32,488 nt of DNA from Chrysochromulina tobinii (taxonomy: Eukaryota). A model generated the notes under the pieces. The model did no database searches and was not told the DNA's origin. It saw nothing but the letters and a program-made list of their open reading frames with translations. The stretch is taken from the NCBI GenBank assembly GCA_001275005.1, contig JWZX01002352.1, positions 1 to 32,488 of the forward strand, given 5' to 3'. Below are positions 1-11,744 of the stretch, piece by piece. The position numbers and the translations under genes were made by a program. The first letter of the stretch is position 1. Every line of letters starts with the position of its first letter.

Positions 1-1209
1 AAGCCGCTGCCGTCAGGGCTCGTCGAGGCATCACGCAAACCTCCCGTGCTGCCCGGCTACAACCGGCGCCTTGAGAATACGGATGGTTCCCCCAACCAGT
101 TCGACTACGGCGACAACCACCGCCAGACGGCAGAGTGGCGCACGAAGACTGCCAACTGGGCCGAGGCGCGAGCGGCGGCTGATCGGTGGGCGGCGGTGGA
201 GACAGCTGCAACGGCACTAGCAGCGGAAGTGATGGAGCCAGCGGCCAAGGCGGCAGCTGAGGCGGCGGCGGCGGCGGCGGCGCGTGCCAAGGCGCGGGCG
301 CGGGAGGGCATCACCCGCGCCCACGTCAAGAAGGTTGAGATGCACGGCAAGGACATATGTGACGGCGCCGCCGTGCTGATCGCACACGCGATCAACGCGG
401 CGATCACATCGGGGGCGCTGCTCGACCCGGGCACCCGTGAGCTGGTCCTCTACCTCGCCGATCTGCTACGTGCACCGGCGACGCCCAAGGAGCTCAAGGA
501 TGGCTGGGAGGCGCCAACAAAGTACTTTTTTGGCTTCATGGACACTGCCAAGTTTACCAAGAGCCGCGTCCCCACAGCCGAGGCGCGTGGCTGGGACTGC
601 AATAAGAAGCACTTCTACGTTGGCCGCTGCGCCGACGCCCAACGCGCCACTGAGGTCGGCCCGCTCGAGACGGCTAGCATGTTCTGTGCGTGCGACGCAT
701 GCCTGCTCTTTGATTTTGGAAACTGCGAGATGAAGGCCCACAGGGGCCAGATGGTCTCCGTTAGGGTGCCTCTGAAGAAGGGAGAGGTGGCGCGTACAAA
801 CCAGATCGATGACCTCAACGAGTGGAGCAAAATGCTCAAGCCGGGCATGGTGGTGGCCGTGCGTGCCGCTGCGCACGAGCTCGAGATCGAGGGCCCTTAC
901 TGGCTGCTGCTCGTTGACTCCGAGGCTTTTGAGTTGCCAGAGGACATGGTGCACACAACCGATGAGTTTGAGGCGGGTTGGCTTGTCGTGCGCGGCCGCT
1001 GGTACTCGTTGGTGCAGAAGAGCCCGCGTGGGTACAAGCTGAAGGAGGTGAACAAGCTGGTGCTGGTCAATGCGATGATCCGCCTGCCCAACGTCATCTT
1101 TTCTGGCGGATCCGTGGGCAAGGCGCCGCGTGCGTCACGCAGTGGCTTGAATGTGCTTGAGGATGACATGCATAACCTGCTCATGAGCAGTGTGGGTGGC
1201 GAAGTCTGA
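1..1209 (+). CDS. Putative DNA transposase, C-terminal part (5' end lies outside the window)
   Basis: Frame 1 is open from base 1 to TGA 1207-1209. Motifs TDGSPNQF and HGKDICDG resemble the SDGxxxQF/Y and HGKxxCDG catalytic-Asp motifs of eukaryotic DD(D/E), Sola-like transposases. A Cys cluster (CACDAC..C) and a small beta domain follow. Recognised from memory; no search was run. Confidence 0.6.
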   Translation, partial: KPLPSGLVEASRKPPVLPGYNRRLENTDGSPNQFDYGDNHRQTAEWRTKTANWAEARAAADRWAAVETAATALAAEVMEPAAKAAAEAAAAAAARAKARAREGITRAHVKKVEMHGKDICDGAAVLIAHAINAAITSGALLDPGTRELVLYLADLLRAPATPKELKDGWEAPTKYFFGFMDTAKFTKSRVPTAEARGWDCNKKHFYVGRCADAQRATEVGPLETASMFCACDACLLFDFGNCEMKAHRGQMVSVRVPLKKGEVARTNQIDDLNEWSKMLKPGMVVAVRAAAHELEIEGPYWLLLVDSEAFELPEDMVHTTDEFEAGWLVVRGRWYSLVQKSPRGYKLKEVNKLVLVNAMIRLPNVIFSGGSVGKAPRASRSGLNVLEDDMHNLLMSSVGGEV

Positions 1210-1672
1210 GTATAACGCAGAAGTTATGAAAGTACAAAAACTTTTACTACGCATGGACAATACTCGGTTACTCGCCCAACGTGGTTTATTTCCGGTTCGG
1301 GCGGTACCGGCCTTTGCCTATCGCTATCCCATCCCATTTACCCCCCAAAAAATTTTCGCCTGCGGCGGGCACTTTTCACTACAGTGAATTTTTTGCTACA
1401 CATATTGGGAGCGCCACCCTGTTTCTCGTCTCAAGCGGCGAGACCGCGGCGCGTCGGGTCGCCCGTCGTGCGCGCGTTGAACGTCAACGTGTTCGCCCCA
1501 CACCCGTTTGCGCGGGGTCGCGGGGGAGTTGGCATCCTGGGTCCGGTCGGCGGGTCGGGTTCGAAAGCGCCCAGTGAGAGGGTGGGGGGTAGCTTTTCCG
1601 GACGGTCGTCGGTCCGGAACTTTTACCGTTTCACGCCCATTTGCATAACATTCCTGTCTGACACTTCGTTAA
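1..1672 (+). mobile_element. Probable 3' end of a DNA transposon; right boundary uncertain (about 1386 or about 1668)
   Basis: The transposase-like ORF is followed by noncoding DNA with AAAATTTTCGCCTGCGGCG, a CACTACAGTG palindrome-like motif ending at 1386, a hairpin TTCCGGAC-N8-GTCCGGAA (about 1596-1619) and TTAA at 1669-1672. No partner TIR is seen in the window. Confidence 0.35.
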
Positions 1673-2118
1673 CCGTTTCATCGGCAACGACGTGCTGCGC
1701 GGGTGCCGGCTCGGCTTCAGCCACACCTGTGTGAGCCTGTGTTACTTCGGCCCCCGCCCGGCCCATGGTCCCACCACATGGTCCCACCGCACCAGCTCCA
1801 TAAACCTCCATCGTGTTCTGACCTCCATGCACACCTTCAAGGACCTGACTACCTGACACGTCTCAAAGTGCCTCGACCCTCGTCTTCCCTGCACTCAGTT
1901 TGAAATCAGGGTATGAGGAATGGGTGCAAATCCAGATATTAATCCCTCCCCTACCCCTCTTGGCTAAAACTCCGTCATCATCAGCTGAAACACGCTTGAA
2001 TCTAGCTGGGATCATTCTCGATGAGCGCCGCTTTTTCATGTTTTTGTCTAGAATCTCCGTTGAGATTGTCCGCGTGCCTATTTGTCGACTTCTGCCGCCG
2101 ACACGCTTCGAAGGACGG

Positions 2119-3746
2119 ATGGCGTCTCGCGCGGACCCGGCGGTTGAAGTCGCGGCGGTGGTGACGGATGAGTCGGACACACTCATTCATGATGTTGTCG
2201 ATGACGACACAGCTCTCGTCGTGGTGCCCGCCACCATGGATGACGCGGCGGCGACGTCGGAGTCGAACCAGCGGAAAAAGGTCAACCAGCGCTGGGTGCT
2301 CTCCGATGAGGCCAAGCGAGCTCTCGAGGCGGTGTATAATGAGCGGCGCTTCCCGACGCTTGCCATGCGCGAGGAGCTCGCGCAGGAACTCGGTGGCTCG
2401 CTCCGGCAAGTTCAAGTCTGGTTCCAGAACCGACGGCAACGCGACCACCGGCCTGACGACGAGGCCACCCTGAGTACCGGTACGACCGCGATGGCCGTGG
2501 GCGGGAGCGTGCAGCCAATGTGGGGGTTTATGCCCGGGCATCCGTACCCGCTAGGCGCGATCCCGATGCCCTCCATGCAGGCCCACCCGTTGGGGACTCT
2601 CCCAATGTTCCCACCGTCTGCGGGCGGTGCCTCGGCCTTCAGCGTGCAGCACGGTCCACAGTACCCGGGGGGGTTGACGCCTGGGCCGGGCGGCTCGCCG
2701 CCGCAGCTGTCCCATCCGATCCTCTCCATGAACAACCATCTCTACCAGGCGCTTGCGCAGCGCCCGCCGTCGACGGCAGCAGGTTGGACTGCACAACAGA
2801 GGTCGACAGCTGCCCTCAGGAGCCCGCAGCCTTCGCATCCCCAGTGCCTACACCCGCCTTCAGTGATGGCGTCGCTCCCGCCGCTCCCGCCGCTCCCCTC
2901 GCTCTCCTCGCTCGCCCCACAGCTGCCGGGGCAGCCTCGTACCGCGCTCGGTACAGCGCTCGCCTCCCCACTGCTGAGCGGCGCGCATGCCCAACACGGC
3001 GCTCATGCCCAGCACGGCGCTCAGTCGACGCCCGCGCCTAACGCCTCCCCTGCCATGGTCAGCAGAGGCGGCAGCTGCAGCTGCACCGTTTCGGGCGCCG
3101 TTTCGGGCGCCGGCGCCGCGCGCGGCGCCGCCGAGGTTGCCGCCGGAGACACGTGCATGCTCAACACGGCGCTCAACGACGGAGGCGGCACGGGAGGCGG
3201 CACGGGAGGCGCCTTGGTGGGCACGGGAGGCGCCTTGGTGGGCACGGGAGGCGCCTTGGTGGGCACGGGAGGCGGCACGGGAGGCGCACGCGCGCTGTAC
3301 CGGTCTGGTGCCCACCAAGGCGCGTCGCCGCCCATCGGCTCGAGCGCCGTGTCGGGCACCCGCGCTCCCGCGCCCGCGTCCACCGGCGCCGTGTCGGGCG
3401 CGCCCTCGGCGCCCGTGCAGCCCTTTGACCCTCTGCCCTCCGTCGCGCCGTCCTCGAGCGCGCTGCCGACGCTGCCGGCGCTGCCGACGCTCGGCACGGC
3501 GCTCGGCACGGCAGCTGGCGCGCTCGCATCGGGCGCCGTGTCGGGCATGGACCATCTCGCGGGCGCGCCTGCGCTGAGTGGCTCCATACAGCACTATCTC
3601 GACCAACTCAGCCGCGTGCAGAGGGAGGCACAGCAGCTCACCACGGCGCTTGGGCGCGTGGTCGCTCAGGTAGCCTCCGCGACGGACCCGGCCCATGCAC
3701 ACATGTACCAGCAGCAGCAGCAATTGAAGCAATACCACTCGTACTG

Positions 3747-3800
<54 letters not shown>

Positions 3801-4926
3801 GCTCGCGCCGCCCTTCCAACCCGTCGGCGCAGCTCCCCGCAGCTACAGCAGCGGCAGCGCCAGCGGCAGCGCGCCCAGCATGGCGCCCGGCAACTTTTCT
3901 ACCGGTGCCTCCCCTCTTCTTCCCACACGCAGCTCCGTCAGTGCTTCGCCGAATCTCCTGAGCAGCTCGCTGTTTGCTCCGCCAAGCATTCCTCCCCACA
4001 GCTGCCTCCCAAGCCCCAAGCCCTCGTCCCTGCTTTCCCACAGCTGCCTCCCAAGCCCGAAGCCCTCGTCCGTGCTTTCCCACAGCTGCCTCCCAAGCCC
4101 GAAGCCCTCGTCCCTGCTCTCTACTGAGGCTGGGAAGGCGGCAGGTAGCGCCGTGGCGGGCGTCTCGGGGGTCGGCGGCGCCTCTGCAAGCGCCTACGCC
4201 GTCCTGGGCGCCGCCGTGGTGGGCGCGTGGATGTCGCCCGCTACCGACTGCGCGCCGTCACCCGCCATAGCCGCCGACCTGTGGGAAACGAATCGGGCGG
4301 TGCCCGCTCCGGCGCTCCGTGCGCACGCGAGGCCGGACCAGGCGGCGCCGTCATGGGCGCCCGTCATGAGAGGCGCCGTCATGGGCGGTGCCGCCGGCTG
4401 GGCGGCGCCGCGCCCAGAACGGCGCTTGTGCGCAGCCCCCGCCCCCCCCACCGCCGCCGCCGGCTCTGAGGACCACGGAGACGACGAGGAGGATTCGTCA
4501 AGGAAGGACCAAGTTTCGTCAACCAACGTCCCGAGAGCCGCGGGAGATCGCATCCGCAAGAGTGACCTCTCGGCGGGAGATCGCATCCGCAAGAGTGACT
4601 CCGACCTCTCGGCCACCGGACTGACGCCACTGCTCACACCCAACTTCCATGATGATGTGATGGCCGCGTTTGCGTCCAACGAGGCGGCCGCGCCTCGCGC
4701 GCCGGCCGTCCTTCTGGGCGCCCCTCGCGCCGTTCTGGGCGCCCCTCGCGCCGCCTGGGCCGCAGCGCCCATCACGGCGCCCTTCGCCCCTGACGGTCGC
4801 GTGGATCCCTCGAGCAAGTTCAAGCGAAAGCGCGCGAGTCTAGAGAGCCTCGGTCTGCCGCCTCCGACGCGCGGCTCCTGCCCTCCTCCGGCGGCTAGTG
4901 ATTCCTCCGGCGGGTCCGGCGAGTGA
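2119..4926 (+). CDS. Homeodomain transcription factor with a long low-complexity, polyQ-containing tail
   Basis: First ATG of the long ORF is at 2119. Homeodomain RWVLSDEAKRALEAVYNERRFPTLAMREELAQELGGSLRQVQVWFQNRRQR (WFQNRR helix 3, Q50). Q17 tract; KFKRKR NLS-like motif near the C-terminus; no intron needed. Confidence 0.85.
3181..3288 (+). repeat. Coding minisatellite, 21-nt unit (GTGGALV) x3 with flanking GGCACGGGAGGC units
   Basis: GGCACGGGAGGCGCCTTGGTG is repeated in tandem. Confidence 0.9.
3748..3798 (+). repeat. (CAG)17 polyglutamine microsatellite
   Basis: Uninterrupted CAG run in frame with the homeodomain ORF. Confidence 0.95.
3996..4117 (+). repeat. Coding 42-nt tandem repeat x3 (HSCLPSPKPSSLLS)
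   Basis: CACAGCTGCCTCCCAAGCCC(C/G)AAGCCCTCGTCC occurs three times at 42-nt spacing. Confidence 0.9.
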
Positions 4927-6164
4927 GCTCCGCTGGCGTTGTATGAGCTCTGGCCTCTGCTTCTACCTACTGTACGTACAGGCACAATTCACATGTGTTA
5001 GCCATATACTGCGCACGTTTTGGTATCAGCGGGCGTTGTGCTTGAGTGCATACCGATCCCGTAGTGTGCGTGTTCTACCATCAGGTTACCGGCATTAGAG
5101 GGTGGGTTCTAGCGCTGGCGCTAGATTGGTTGTCTTCCAGAGCGAACAACGTTAACTAGGGCGGCAGGCGCAACACCTCGACCCGTACTGTCGAGCTCGG
5201 TGCGCCGGCGGGCGGGTGAAACTAACATGCATGCATGCATGAATATACAGAAGCATACTGTCCTTGCCAAATCTGGCGAAGCAAGATCCGTTATTATTGC
5301 GTGACGTGTCGCATATCTCTTGAGACGTCGCTCCAAGCGCGTCGCGCATTCTGGTCAGCGGCTCCGCCGCGTTTGTCGTGCACAGAGAAGACTGCATGGA
5401 ATACGAATTCGAATACTCCTCGCGTCGAGTTATAGTTTGTAAGCATTCATCATGTGCATGATTCATGTGAGCGGTGGTCGATTATGGCTGAAAATTGCAA
5501 ATTGTCTCGTCGAATTCGACTCGAGATCTTTATTAGTAATCTAGACGTCTCTATAATTTGTGAATTGTCTATAAGGACTCAGAGGACAGAGGTCAGAGCG
5601 TCGGCCTTCGGCCAGCTCTCGGGGCTGTTCTATCTAAACATCCCTAAGTGTGTGAAGCACAAAGAAGACATAACAATATACAGCTATACACTCGAAGTAG
5701 GTTTCGACTTCGCATCTCGCATTATTCTCGCTTGTATGGTCCATGGAGAGCGGTCGCGTCGAGATTCTACATCGTCTTTGGGACATGGCGGCTTGGCGGA
5801 GGTCCGGTCGCCGACCAGTCGTGAATATAAACAATGAACCGCTCAGTGAGTTTCCTCTCTGTCTCACGGACGCACGACGGGTCCGCCACCCACGCAGGGG
5901 CGAAAGACCAGGTTGGAGATTTCTTCATATATATTATTTGTTTTGGGAACGGAAGGAAAGCTCAAGCACCTGTGTTTTTTACTTGGTTTTTCAAAAAGAC
6001 AGGGGTTTTTTAAAGACACCGCTCACCGGGGGGAGCCGGTAAGGCCGGGGTGGGGGTGCGCCATGATCGCGACCTACAGCTTGCGTAGACTTATGAACAC
6101 AAAACGCCTCTCGGAAAGGTTGAGGAAGTGTCCACACTTTTTCCCGCAAGATCCACACTCGCTC

Positions 6165-6794
6165 ATGCTTTCCATCATGGCTATGACCTCGGCGGCATTC
6201 GTTCCCGTCATGACACCGGTTCGACCGGCGCCTTTCGCGACGCGGACTCTGGCACCAGAGATGAATGCGGCCTTCCTCGCTTTGGACGCCATCGAGCCGG
6301 CAGTCTCCTCATACGTCAACATCTGGGTGCCTCTCTTCGAGAGCGCCAAGGCGTCGGGTCTCGCACCCGACTTCCTCCTGCACTGGGGGCACGGCGCCGC
6401 AATGGCCACGGTGCTCTTTGCCATGGGTGGCTTCGGCGCCTTCCTTGGCTGGCAGATCCGCTTCGGCAAGGGCGAGGAGGTGTACTCACTGACTCTGGGT
6501 GAGACCGTCCGCGAGCTGCACCCCAAGCTCATGGGCGCTATGCTCTTCTTTTTCCTTCTTGGCGGCCAGGGCGGGCTGGTGCTGCTCGCGACCGGCGGCC
6601 AGCCAATCCTCCAGTCGGCGCACTCGTCCACGGCCGTCATCGGCCTGTCGCTATTGCTGGCGCAGGCGGCGATCGGCGTCACCATGAAGGACTCTGAGCT
6701 CGGCCGTACGGTGCATGCATACCTTGGTACCGGCACGCTGCTCGCCCTCGTGGTGCACGCCTACTTCGGGCTCAACCTCGGCCAATCCTTCTAA
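6165..6794 (+). CDS. Plastid-targeted DUF4079-like (cytochrome b561-like) membrane protein
   Basis: ATG at 6165. Signal-like MLSIMAMTSAAF followed by a transit-like segment (ASAF-type motif of complex plastids). Four hydrophobic helices with conserved His residues: HWGHG, LHPKL, SAHS, HAYLG. Confidence 0.75.
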   Translation: MLSIMAMTSAAFVPVMTPVRPAPFATRTLAPEMNAAFLALDAIEPAVSSYVNIWVPLFESAKASGLAPDFLLHWGHGAAMATVLFAMGGFGAFLGWQIRFGKGEEVYSLTLGETVRELHPKLMGAMLFFFLLGGQGGLVLLATGGQPILQSAHSSTAVIGLSLLLAQAAIGVTMKDSELGRTVHAYLGTGTLLALVVHAYFGLNLGQSF

Positions 6795-7290
6795 GGCCCC
6801 GGGCGCGCGCTGCTGGCTTGGCTTCTGTGGGTAGGTGACCCCTAGGTGTTCCACAGCCACAGGGCAGCATCACTGGCATATGGTCCATACGACGGTGGAC
6901 GTGAGGTCGCATTGGGGTGGCAAGAGACAAGGATTGACTGTGAGGTGGCACTTATCACACTCACGGGAGGGGGCGGAGGCTGCCCCGACGGCAGGCAAGA
7001 GCAAGCTGTTCAGCTTGTTCCAGCATATCGGCTCGGCCTGCTGTGTAATTGCTAGCCACATGTGGGTGGGTGAGTACTTGGGGTGGTGCGTCGATCTTTA
7101 GAAGAGCTCAGACGATTTCGAAGGCGGGGACGAAGAGATGCCGTAGACTGTGGGACCTCATCCCCACCTTAACTCTGAGACTTCGCGTACACCAACTCGG
7201 CGCGAAAGCTTGCCGCGTAAACGTGCCGATGCGACACGAGGGACACTCTCCCTCAGACTGTCGACGTCCGTTCGAGTGATCGCGCAGACG

Positions 7291-8007
7291 ATGAAGGCAC
7301 CGCCCCCTGCAGGCGACTTTGCGGACACCTTATGCGGTGGAGATCCTGGGCCGTGTGGGTGCTGCATCTCCGATCGCCGAGTGGGTTGCGTGTCCGTGCT
7401 CGTTTCGTGGTGCATCCCGGGTGTCGTTGTTGCCCAACTCTTCCAGCGCGTCACACGGATACCCGACTCGTTTGCCATCATCGCCATCTTCTTGTTCGGC
7501 ACAACCATCACCAACATCCTTCTAAACTCGCTCTGTGGCGATCAATCCAGCCTCTTTGGGCTGCCTGGCTTGCTTACGCGACCCTTCTGGCCGAGCTTGT
7601 GTCCCGTCGGCCAAAAGTGCGCACCGGACAACGACGGCGCGAGTGGCGACGACGCGGAGGACGGCGGTCGATCCGACGTATGCATCTTCAACGACTGGCT
7701 CGCGTTCACGTCCGGGCTGGTCCTCTTGAGTCTCTTCTTGGTGGTCCGAGCGCGCGTGCGGGAGCAGTATCGCATCGCGCCGTGTTGCTGCGGTGTCCTC
7801 GAGGACTGCTTCCATGCCCTGTGGTGCTTGCCGTGTGCGGCGAGCCAGCTGATGCGCCACGTCAGCACGCACGAGGCCACCGAGTACAGCCTCTTTTCGG
7901 CCGACGGCACGAAGACGTTGGACCCACCGCTGCGGGACGCGAGGGGTGCTGAGGCGTCGCCGGCGCGCGCAGCCTCGATTCGCGCTGAAGCCTCGATGCG
8001 TGTCTAG
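7291..8007 (+). CDS. PLAC8-family Cys-rich membrane protein
   Basis: N-terminal CGCC..SWCIPGVVVAQ and C-terminal RARVREQYRI..EDCFHALWCLPCAASQLMRHV are the two PLAC8 signature blocks, separated by transmembrane segments. Confidence 0.8.
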   Translation: MKAPPPAGDFADTLCGGDPGPCGCCISDRRVGCVSVLVSWCIPGVVVAQLFQRVTRIPDSFAIIAIFLFGTTITNILLNSLCGDQSSLFGLPGLLTRPFWPSLCPVGQKCAPDNDGASGDDAEDGGRSDVCIFNDWLAFTSGLVLLSLFLVVRARVREQYRIAPCCCGVLEDCFHALWCLPCAASQLMRHVSTHEATEYSLFSADGTKTLDPPLRDARGAEASPARAASIRAEASMRV

Positions 8008-8221
8008 CGCGTACGTGCGGCTGAGAATAACTTTGCAGCCGGTAGCTTGACTGAAATAAACTGAACATAAAAATTCTGCACACGCCGCCGTGGAAATCTG
8101 GCCCCAATCTGCATCTATCTCGCTGCCTCGGTCCAGATCTCCCGCGCGTCTCCCGCAGCAGCGCGCTGAGCCAGCACGGCCATAAGACCGCGACGGGTCG
8201 GGCACGGGGGACCCGGCATGA

Positions 8222-11200
8222 TTACGCCGCCGCTGTCCCCCCGCTCTCCTGCCGTGCCGTCGGCGTCGTCGGCGCTGCGTCATCCTCGTCGTCGGCTTGG
8301 TCGTCGGCTTGGTCGTCGGCACGATCCCTCTTGGCTTGGTCGATCCGAGCAAAGCGCCTCGCCATAAACCCTCTTGGCGGGCTGAGCACGGCTGCTGCAC
8401 CTGACTCCGAGGCAGCTGCTGCACGTGTCGCCGCGCCAGCAGCGCCGCCGAGTGCCGCTGCTGCTGCTACCGGCTGCGCGCCGTGCCGTGCGCCCACGGC
8501 CTCCGCCTCCTCGATCTCCCGGAGCTCCGTGAGCGCTCGATACGGCGCGCTCGGTACGGCGCGCACCGCCTCCTCGATCTCCCGGAGCTCCGTGAGCGCT
8601 CGATACGGCGCGCTCGGTACGGCGCCCACCGCCTCCTCGATCTCCCGGAGCTCCCTCAGCGCCACCGACAGCTGCGCATGCAACTGCGCCTCCGCGACCC
8701 GCCAGGCGGAGCCTTCGAGGGCATGGGCGCTCAGGACGGCGCTCAGGGCGGCCTGCATGCCTGCGTCCTTGTCCCTCTGCGCGCGCCGCGCGCGCCGTAC
8801 CGAGCGCCCGAACAGGAGGGCGAGCGCGAGCGCGCCGAGCCGGGCGCCGCCGCTCAGTGCGCCCAACGCGACGCCGAGCAGCTGCCACGCCCACGACAGC
8901 GCCCACCATGCCCAGCGCGCCGCCTCGAGCAGCGCCGCCTCGAGCGCGCACGCGGGCGCGGAGCCGGCGAAGCAGAGGGTGCTGACGACGACGTAGGCGG
9001 CGGCGGCGAGGAGGGTGCCGACGCTGGCTGTGAGCGCGGCCATGCGTGCGAGGGAGAGGGCGGACGCGAGGATGACGTGGCCCATCCCAAACAGGAGCGC
9101 CGTCGTGAGCGCGAGCAGCACCGCGCACGTGAGCTGCCACGTGAGCAATCTCGTCTCGAGCTCGGCCACCCGTTCGCTCAGTTTCGTCAACTCGTGGGCA
9201 TGCAGCGCGCTCAACGCGGCCTCGCGCTCACGATGGCGCTCCGCCGCCGCCGCCAGCTGCGCCGCGTGTGTGCGCGTCTGCAAGGAGAGCGCCACGTCGG
9301 CAGCCATCCGCGCATAGTCCGGCTTCGATTCCGCATCGGCTTCCGTAACGACTTCAAGCTCATGCGCCACATTGGCGTGCACGGGAGCCGCCGTCGGTTG
9401 GCTGGAAGCCGAGTCGGCATGGGAAGGCTTGGAGGCTGTGGAAGGTGAGGGAGGGGTCCCTAATAAGGAAGGGGAGGCTGTGGAAGTGGCGGCCGCTCCG
9501 CACGACGAGAGCTCCGTGTCACCGCTAGCCGTGTCTCCCTCTGCAGGGCAAGCACCAGGCTGGCCGCCTACCGCCGCTGCTCCCGCCGCCGTCGAGGGCA
9601 ACGGCTCACAAAACTCGGCCACGTCAGGCACCTCGTTCGCCACGTGGAGCATCAACCGTGCCAAGCGCGCGCCGTTGCGGGCGCATGCATCGGCTGCGCG
9701 CGCGTAGAGGCGCTCAACAGAGCGCTCATCCAATCGCATCAGCTCCTCAATCCGTTTCCGTAACGACTTCCCATCGTTACCGGTCAGGCCACTCGAAGAC
9801 ACCGTCGACCCGAGAGCGCCGTCATGAGCACCGCCGGCTCTGGCGGCGGCGGTGGCGGCTTCAACGACCGCACGCATGCGCGGCGGCTCTGCGCCGGCGC
9901 CACGCTGGTCGACGCCCAGGACGGCACCACGCTGGCGCACGATGAGCCTGGCGAACTCGGGCATCCAAAACAGCCCAACGGGCCGGCGGGAGGCATTGTA
10001 CAGCTTGGCGCGCTCCTCGAGCTCACGTTCAAACGCGGCGACCATCTGCGGGTCTGTGAGCGGCAAGAATGGGTACAGGTTGCCCCGCATGCGATCGCGC
10101 ATCTTGCCCGCGGCAAACGGGTTCGGCGTGCCCCTCTGCGCGTCGCACGGGATCCGCTCGTCGAAGATCATGGCGTCCATGGCCTCCCGAGTCGCCTTGT
10201 ACAGGGCCGTGGGCTCGCTGATGCCGGCGCGTCGTTGACGCGCGACGACGTCGGCCAACGCGTCCATGAAGCAATTGGACGTGAGGATGATGAAGGCACC
10301 TGTGGGGAAGAGAGAGCGTCGTGGTGAGCATATGCATGCCGGGTCGGGGGCTGATGAGGATGATGGGCGCACCGGCGGTGCGCGCGTGCTCGCTCACGCA
10401 CGCGCCCTCAGCTGTCTTACGGCTGAACTCGACGAAGCCCCGATGGTCGATCGCGTTCACCAGGGCGGACGTCATAAAGTCCGCACGCGCCTCCTCGATT
10501 TCGTCAAAGAGCACAACGGGCGCTGGCCGCGCGCACGGGTCCGCGGCCGTGGCCGTTGAGAGGGCCCACGAGGACCAGGAGGCGTCCCCGCCACCCCCAC
10601 CGGCGCCTGCACCGCCGCCGCCCGCGCCCGCGCCGCCCGCGCCGCCCGCGCCCGCGCCTGCGCCTGCGCCGCCACCGCCCGTGCAGCCGACACGCCCGGC
10701 GAAGAGCGCGGCGAACGCACCCTCGCCCTTGACACCGCACGGCGGCGAGACGAGCTTCCACATATCCTCATCCGTCTTGTAGTTCTGCATGCTGAAGCGC
10801 TGAAAGGCCGGAGGCGAAGTGCGACCATGCTGCGCGAGCGCCACAAGCTCCGCAAGCATCGTCTTCCCCGTTCCAGGGAAGCCGTAGAAGAAGAAGACGT
10901 GCGCATCTTGGCCGCCGTCTGCACCACTCGCGATGCCGCGCAGCCGCTGCACCACCTCGGAGACGACGCTCTGCTGGCCCGCGATCCTGTCGAAGACGCT
11001 CAGGTCAGGCCACGTGGAAGCCGCCGAGCCGTCATCGACGCCGACGTGCTGCTGCGCCGGCTGCGCCGACTGCTGCTGCTGCCGCCCGTGGCGCGACTCG
11101 AGCTGCTCGCGCATGCGTGCACCGAAGCGCTCCGTCGGCTCTTCTCCGAGCACAACGGCGACCGCCGAGCGCAGCAGGTGCGGCAGCAGGCGCGGTTGAG

Positions 11201-11744
11201 CGCGTTGCGCGGCACTGAGCCACGGCGCCGCCTCTCCTTTTGCGGAGGAGAGAAGCCTGTGCCGTGGCCCGCTCCGCTTGTCGGGCTGCGCCAGAGCCTC
11301 GGCGCCCCAGCTCGTCGAGAGCGCGAAGAGCACGAGCCGGCAGTCGACGTCCAGCCTCGTGTCGTGCGCGGCGGTCGCGTGCGTGCACTTTGCCTGCTGG
11401 AAGAAGCGCGTCGCGAGCGTGCCCACGGCCGCGGCCGGCGCAAGCTGCGCCTCGCGGATGAGCACGAGAGTCCACAGGCCCTGGCGCTCGCGCAGGACAG
11501 CGCCCACGTCGTCGACGAGCGATGGGCACCCGCCTACGTTCACAGCACACGACAGCTCGCGCCACCCGGCCATCGGTGAGGTGAGGTGCTGCAGCTCGTG
11601 GAGCCGCAGCCAGCACTGCAGGGCCGCCGCGTGCGCAGAGGCGTTGCCGGCGAGCACGACGTGTCCCGAGGTTCTTGGTTCGCCGCTCACCCAGCGCTGG
11701 AGCGGGAAGTCGGTCGAGTGCACGAGTGCGAGGGCCTCGCACAT
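8222..11744 (-). CDS. ClpB-D2/torsin-like AAA+ ATPase with C-terminal coiled coil and transmembrane segments; exons 11744-10373 and 10299-8222 (about 1149 aa; start uncertain)
   Basis: Shows IAGQ, Walker A GFPGTGKT and Walker B VVLFDEIEEA. Sensor-1 FIILTSN and PFLPL are restored by splicing a 73-nt GT-AG intron (10372-10300) that joins ORFs 10029..12017 and 8222..10372 in frame. Confidence 0.75.
8503..8654 (-). repeat. Coding 60-nt tandem repeat (ELREIEEAVxAVPSAPYRALT) x2.5
   Basis: CGCCTCCTCGATCTCCCGGAGCTCC recurs three times at 60-nt spacing. Confidence 0.9.
10300..10372 (-). other. Spliceosomal intron (73 nt): exon-duplicate plus shared 3' module
   Basis: Minus strand reads GTGCGCCCATCATCCTCA...GCATGCATATGCTCACCACGACGCTCTCTCTTCCCCACAG | GTGCCTTCATCATCCTCA, and splicing restores the frame. 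Confidence 0.85.

Noticed and set aside
1900..2118. N-terminal extensions from non-ATG starts in the ORF track (also 5913, 7150, 13571, 15455, 20559)
   Set aside because: These are eukaryotic genes; a downstream ATG gives a sensible N-terminus and the extensions look like UTR or intergenic sequence.
2860..4083. 407-aa antisense ORF and the many other overlapping ORFs (e.g. 8483-9448, 25477-26490, 26620-27783, 28957-29709, 31019-31879)
   Set aside because: These are Arg/Ala-rich shadow frames of real genes, expected at this GC content.
4930..6160. Short ORFs and possible MITE ends in the long intergenic region
   Set aside because: No domain signal and no matching terminal repeat pair could be identified by eye.
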